In this document: piece after piece, positions 28,395-32,000 of the stretch
Layout of the letters: every line of letters begins with the position of its first letter
Position numbering within the stretch: position 1 is the stretch's first letter
NCBI RefSeq assembly: GCF_000010065.1
Contig: NC_006576.1
Location: forward strand, 1,380,001-1,412,000
DNA: 32,000 bases
DNA from: Synechococcus elongatus PCC 6301
GTDB taxonomy: Bacteria; Cyanobacteriota; Cyanobacteriia; Synechococcales; Synechococcaceae
Direction of reading: 5' to 3'
The notes under the pieces: generated by a model
Told to the model about the DNA's origin: nothing
The model's database searches: none
What the model saw: only the letters and a program-made list of their open reading frames with translations
Translations under genes and position numbers: made by a program

Positions 28395-28460
28395 AGCACT
28401 AGAAGGTCACTCTTGGATCATAGGATTGGGGCAATGACCTGCTTGGCCCGTGCTCCTGTG

Positions 28461-29060
28461 ATGACGACTCCACGCCTGATTTTGGCTTCGGCTTCGCCTG
28501 CTCGTCGTCGACTGTTGGCGACGGTGGGGCTGACGGTGGAGGTACAGCCCAGTCACTTTGATGAAAGCTTGGTACAACTGAACGATCCGCCTGCTTTGGT
28601 GCAGGAGCTAGCCTTTCGCAAGGCCGCCAGTGTGGCGCGATCGCAAACAGAACCGGCGCTGGTCTTAGGCTGCGATTCGGTCTTGGCGATCAACGGTGAA
28701 ATTTGCGGTAAACCAGCGAGCCCAGCTGAGGCGATCGCTCGCTGGCAACAGATGCGCGGTCAGTGGGGCGAACTCCATACCGGACATGCGCTGATTGATT
28801 CAGCCAGTCAACGTCGCTGGTTGGCCTGTGGGACAACGCGAGTCCGTTTTGCCGAAGTAGAAGATGCCGAGATCAAAGCCTATGTAGCGACGGGCGAACC
28901 ACTGGCTTGTGCGGGTGCTTTTGCCTTGGAAGGGAAAGGCGGGCTGTTCATTGCTGAAATTCAGGGCTGCCACACCAATGTGATTGGCCTGAGCTTGCCA
29001 TTACTGCGGGAGTTGTTGCTCGCGGCAGACTATCCTTTGCTGCAGGCATGGCAGACCTAA
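28461..29060 (+). CDS. maf: Maf-family nucleoside triphosphate pyrophosphatase
   Basis: [76 protein letters not shown] 28461; the track N-terminal extension is not supported. Confidence 0.92.
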   Translation: MTTPRLILASASPARRRLLATVGLTVEVQPSHFDESLVQLNDPPALVQELAFRKAASVARSQTEPALVLGCDSVLAINGEICGKPASPAEAIARWQQMRGQWGELHTGHALIDSASQRRWLACGTTRVRFAEVEDAEIKAYVATGEPLACAGAFALEGKGGLFIAEIQGCHTNVIGLSLPLLRELLLAADYPLLQAWQT

Positions 29061-31828
29061 GTCACGAGACAGTCGCGATCGCGGCTGAGCTGCTGTAAAT
29101 CCTGTTGAATTTGGGCGATCGCGCCACTCCAATTACCGCGTTGGGTCTGGCGATAGAGGCGCATGCTCGGATACCAAGGCGTCGTATGACCCGTGAGGCC
29201 CCAGCGCCAATTGGCGGGTTCGGGTAGGAGTGTCCAGACGGGCAGCGCCATCATCCCCGCTAGATTCGCCACTGCGGTATCAACAGAAATCAGCACATCC
29301 ATTTCCGCCAGCCAGTCGGCCGTGTCTTGAAAATCCTGTAGTTGCTCACTCAGGTCAAATAGGCGATCGCTCTGCTCTAACCAAGGTTGCAGTTCAGCCA
29401 CGTCAGCGCCCACTTGGAAGCTGTAATAATCAACCGCTGGGACAGCTAGCAGCGCCGGTAGCAGTTCGTTGAGCGGACAGCTTTTTTCGCGGTAAAGGCG
29501 AGCGGTTTCTGGGGATGATCGCTTGCCGGAAGCCCAAACAAAGCCGACTTGGAGCGTCTCGGCACAGCGCAGGGGCGGCATACTGCTTTGGAAATAGGCT
29601 CCGCGCCAAGGCACCGTTGCGGGTGTGGTTTGCGCGATCGCGGGCAACGACATCAGCGCCACTTGGCGATCGCAGGCTGGGACAGGTTCATCCAAGCAGC
29701 AAATTTGAAGGCGATCGTCCGCCAGTTGCTGCATCAGCCGCTCCAGCAGCGGATCGGTGACGAAAATGAGCTGGGCTTGGGGATGCTGCAGGCGTAGTTC
29801 TGGGAGCCATCGACAGAAGAGCAGATGATCACCCAGTCCTTGTTCACCCCAAATCAAGAGTGTTTGCTGACCAAGCGGTTCACCCTGCCAAGCCGGAGCC
29901 AGTTGGCGGTACTGAAATGGATCAAGATCGGACTGGAAGTCGAAGCGCACTTCTAAATCAGGCCAGCCCTGCAGCCAGTTGCCCCAGTGCAGTTGTAAGA
30001 AACCGCGATTGCAGCGCAGCAGTGGGCTCTCAGGAGCGATCGCAGCGGCAGCGTCGTAGTCGGCGCAGGATTCGGGGAATTGACCCAGACGATAGTGAAG
30101 CACACCTCGGCTAATCAAGTGATCGGCAGTCGCTCCTTGCAACGCGATCGCCTGATTCAGACTGTTCAGCGCAGCGGTCAACTGATTGTCGTAGTACTCC
30201 AAACTCGATCGCTCGTGCCAGAACTCCGCTTGCGTGGGGGCTAACTCACAGGCGATCGCGAGGGCTTGGGCCGCACCGGCGTAGTCGCCCTGCTGCTTGA
30301 GACTGCGACCTAAAGCGCGATGAAAGGACGGCTCCTCGGGGGCGATCGCCACAGCCTGTCGAATCAACCATTCAGCTCTTGGCCAGTTCTGAGCGGTGAA
30401 AGCGCGATCGGCGGCTTGAATCCAATCCGCTATGGATAACTCGCCTCGATAGTCCCAGTGCTGGGGAGCCGGTTGAAACTCAGCCAGCGCCGTTTGGAGT
30501 TCCGCAATCGCCCCTGACCAATCACCGGGGCTGGGTTGTCGGAACAGTCGCAGGCTGGGATACCACGGCGTAGTGGCACCAGAAAGTTCCCAGCGCCAAT
30601 CGGGAACTGCGGGCAGCAGCACCCAAGTCGGTAGCCCAATCATGCCGCCGAGATGAGCGATCGCCGTATCAACCGTGATCAGTAAGTCCAGATGGGCTAA
30701 GCGATCGACGGTGTCCTGAAAATCGCCAATCTCACTGCCGAGATCGAGCAGCGGATCCGAAAGCGTCTGTAAATCCTGCCGTGCCTCATCAACTTGGAGC
30801 GAGACAACGTCCCAGCCGGACACCGATAGCACCGACCAGAGCAATGCCAGCGGACAGCTTTTATTAGCGGCAAATTCCGCCGATTGCGCCGGATTGCGAC
30901 CCGCGCTCCAAACAAGTCCCAGTCGGGGGCGATCGCTTGCTGGTAGGAAATCACCCTTATGTGGGAAGAAGTAAGGGCCATGCCAAGGCAAGCGGTTGCG
31001 ATCGCTTTGAAAAATCAACATCAGCGACAGCAAAGGCACTTGCCAATCGCAGACAGGTAACTCAGCCCCTTCGGCCAGTACCATGAGTCGATCGTCCGCC
31101 AGCGTTTGAAAGAGCCGGACTAAAGACGGGCTAGTCTGCCAAACGATGCGGGCTTGGGGATAGCGCTGGCGCAGCAGAGGTATCCATCGCGCCCCCATCA
31201 GGCGATCGCCAAAGCCCTGTTCTCCCCAGACCAAGAGCGTTTGTTGATCTAAGTCTTGCCCCTGCCAACGCGGTAGTTTCAGCGAGGCTTCAATTTCGGG
31301 AAAGTGTTGAAGTTGTTGGCAGCGAGCTTCGTAGGCGGGTAGACCAAAGTCCCAGTCCCCGATCGCGAGGGCGGCATGGGCGCTGTTATAGCGAATTTCA
31401 GGGTTGTCGGGATCTGCCTCCAAAAGTTGTTGATAGTCCTGCAGAGCCGTCGCTGGATCGCCGAGTTTTTGCAGGGTAATGGCGCGATTGAAACGAGCTG
31501 CCACATGGGTTGGATCGATCGCCAGCGCTTGAGTAAGCCGCTCTAGGGCTTCAGTGAGGTGGCCCTGCCGTTGCAGGAGATTACCGAGATTGTTGAAGTG
31601 AGTTGGATCCGTGGGATCGAGCGCGATCGCTCGGCGCAGCAGCGTAATTCCAGTCTCTCTCTGGTCGCAGCAGTAATAACACAAACCTTGCAAGCCAAGC
31701 GCAGCCGCCCAATCGGGAACGTCACCGAGCAGCCGATCCAGTTGAGCGATCGCCGCCTCAAACTCTCCCGCTTGATAAGCCGCGATCGCCTGTTGGTAGT
31801 CGTGCTGTGCTGCTGCCGTGATCTGCAC
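29057..31828 (-). CDS. Large protein with TPR arrays and two GT9/GT41-like (GT-B) domains in tandem
   Basis: TPR repeats (aa about 10-160 and 465-640), each followed by a QTLLxWGEQGxGD...VDTAxAxLxGMxxLPxWxLLPxxxxWRWxLxGxTTPWYPSxRLxRQ module. Confidence 0.85.
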   Translation of the reverse strand: MQITAAAQHDYQQAIAAYQAGEFEAAIAQLDRLLGDVPDWAAALGLQGLCYYCCDQRETGITLLRRAIALDPTDPTHFNNLGNLLQRQGHLTEALERLTQALAIDPTHVAARFNRAITLQKLGDPATALQDYQQLLEADPDNPEIRYNSAHAALAIGDWDFGLPAYEARCQQLQHFPEIEASLKLPRWQGQDLDQQTLLVWGEQGFGDRLMGARWIPLLRQRYPQARIVWQTSPSLVRLFQTLADDRLMVLAEGAELPVCDWQVPLLSLMLIFQSDRNRLPWHGPYFFPHKGDFLPASDRPRLGLVWSAGRNPAQSAEFAANKSCPLALLWSVLSVSGWDVVSLQVDEARQDLQTLSDPLLDLGSEIGDFQDTVDRLAHLDLLITVDTAIAHLGGMIGLPTWVLLPAVPDWRWELSGATTPWYPSLRLFRQPSPGDWSGAIAELQTALAEFQPAPQHWDYRGELSIADWIQAADRAFTAQNWPRAEWLIRQAVAIAPEEPSFHRALGRSLKQQGDYAGAAQALAIACELAPTQAEFWHERSSLEYYDNQLTAALNSLNQAIALQGATADHLISRGVLHYRLGQFPESCADYDAAAAIAPESPLLRCNRGFLQLHWGNWLQGWPDLEVRFDFQSDLDPFQYRQLAPAWQGEPLGQQTLLIWGEQGLGDHLLFCRWLPELRLQHPQAQLIFVTDPLLERLMQQLADDRLQICCLDEPVPACDRQVALMSLPAIAQTTPATVPWRGAYFQSSMPPLRCAETLQVGFVWASGKRSSPETARLYREKSCPLNELLPALLAVPAVDYYSFQVGADVAELQPWLEQSDRLFDLSEQLQDFQDTADWLAEMDVLISVDTAVANLAGMMALPVWTLLPEPANWRWGLTGHTTPWYPSMRLYRQTQRGNWSGAIAQIQQDLQQLSRDRDCLVT

Positions 31829-31869
31829 GATCTGAGATTCCGATGCTTCGGGGCTATCATCCCCGATCT

Positions 31870-32000
31870 CTAGCGGCTCTGCTCATGACCTACTTGAGGT
31901 TCAGCGATCGCGCAATTGTGGGTCTGATTCAGAGGGATGAGGGCGAAAATCCAAACAGCGATCGCCGACAGGAGCTGTTCGTCGCGCCAAGCAAGGCTGC
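31870..32000 (-). CDS. Possible C-terminal end of a gene continuing past the window
   Basis: Minus-strand frame open from the window edge: ...SLAWRDEQLLSAIAVWIFALIPLNQTHNCAIAEPQVGHEQSR*. Short, weak evidence. Confidence 0.3.
   Translation of the reverse strand, partial: SLAWRDEQLLSAIAVWIFALIPLNQTHNCAIAEPQVGHEQSR

Noticed and set aside
28071-28460. N-terminal extension of the Maf ORF in the track
   Set aside because: This part is a shadow of the opposite-strand gene 27987..28394; Maf homology starts at [13 protein letters not shown] (28461).
29230-31873. Many opposite-strand ORFs inside the TPR/GT gene (for example 31559..31873)
   Set aside because: Shadow ORFs with no recognisable motifs. 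Long open antisense frames are expected here given composition.

Overview
The window looks like ordinary chromosomal DNA from a unicellular cyanobacterium, probably a Synechococcus elongatus-type strain. This is inferred from apcD, psbH/psbN, a high-light-inducible protein, a c6-type cytochrome and roughly 85 copies of the HIP1 octamer GCGATCGC (hand count). Most of the DNA is housekeeping or photosynthesis genes: glgP (5' truncated), an hli gene, a CaCA exchanger, rlmD-like, apcD, a cytochrome c6-like gene, aroA, pth, tatA, psbH, psbN, glk, tRNA-Pro(CGG), aroC, cobQ and maf. Three small genes absent from the supplied ORF track were read directly from the DNA: an Hlip (2362..2505), psbN (16924..17064) and a stand-alone PCP_red-like protein (20694..20861). 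No CRISPR array, phage or transposon was recognised. The best candidates for an under-described system are: (1) a compact three-gene redox/metal-like cluster at 6189-8320, made of a c6-like cytochrome, a membrane protein that appears to fuse a GHCAGMCGP DsbD_2/SafE-type domain to an MsrQ/ferric-reductase-like domain, and an anchored extracytoplasmic protein with AHQ and CNC motifs; (2) a pair of tandem tail-anchored cNMP-binding-domain proteins without an HTH; (3) a MinD/ParA-like ATPase with Arg replacing the deviant Walker A signature Lys, followed 2 nt later by a small partner gene; (4) a 923-aa protein with an internally duplicated TPR + GT9/GT41-like unit whose second copy lost a conserved His. 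Family names come from motif recall, not database searches.
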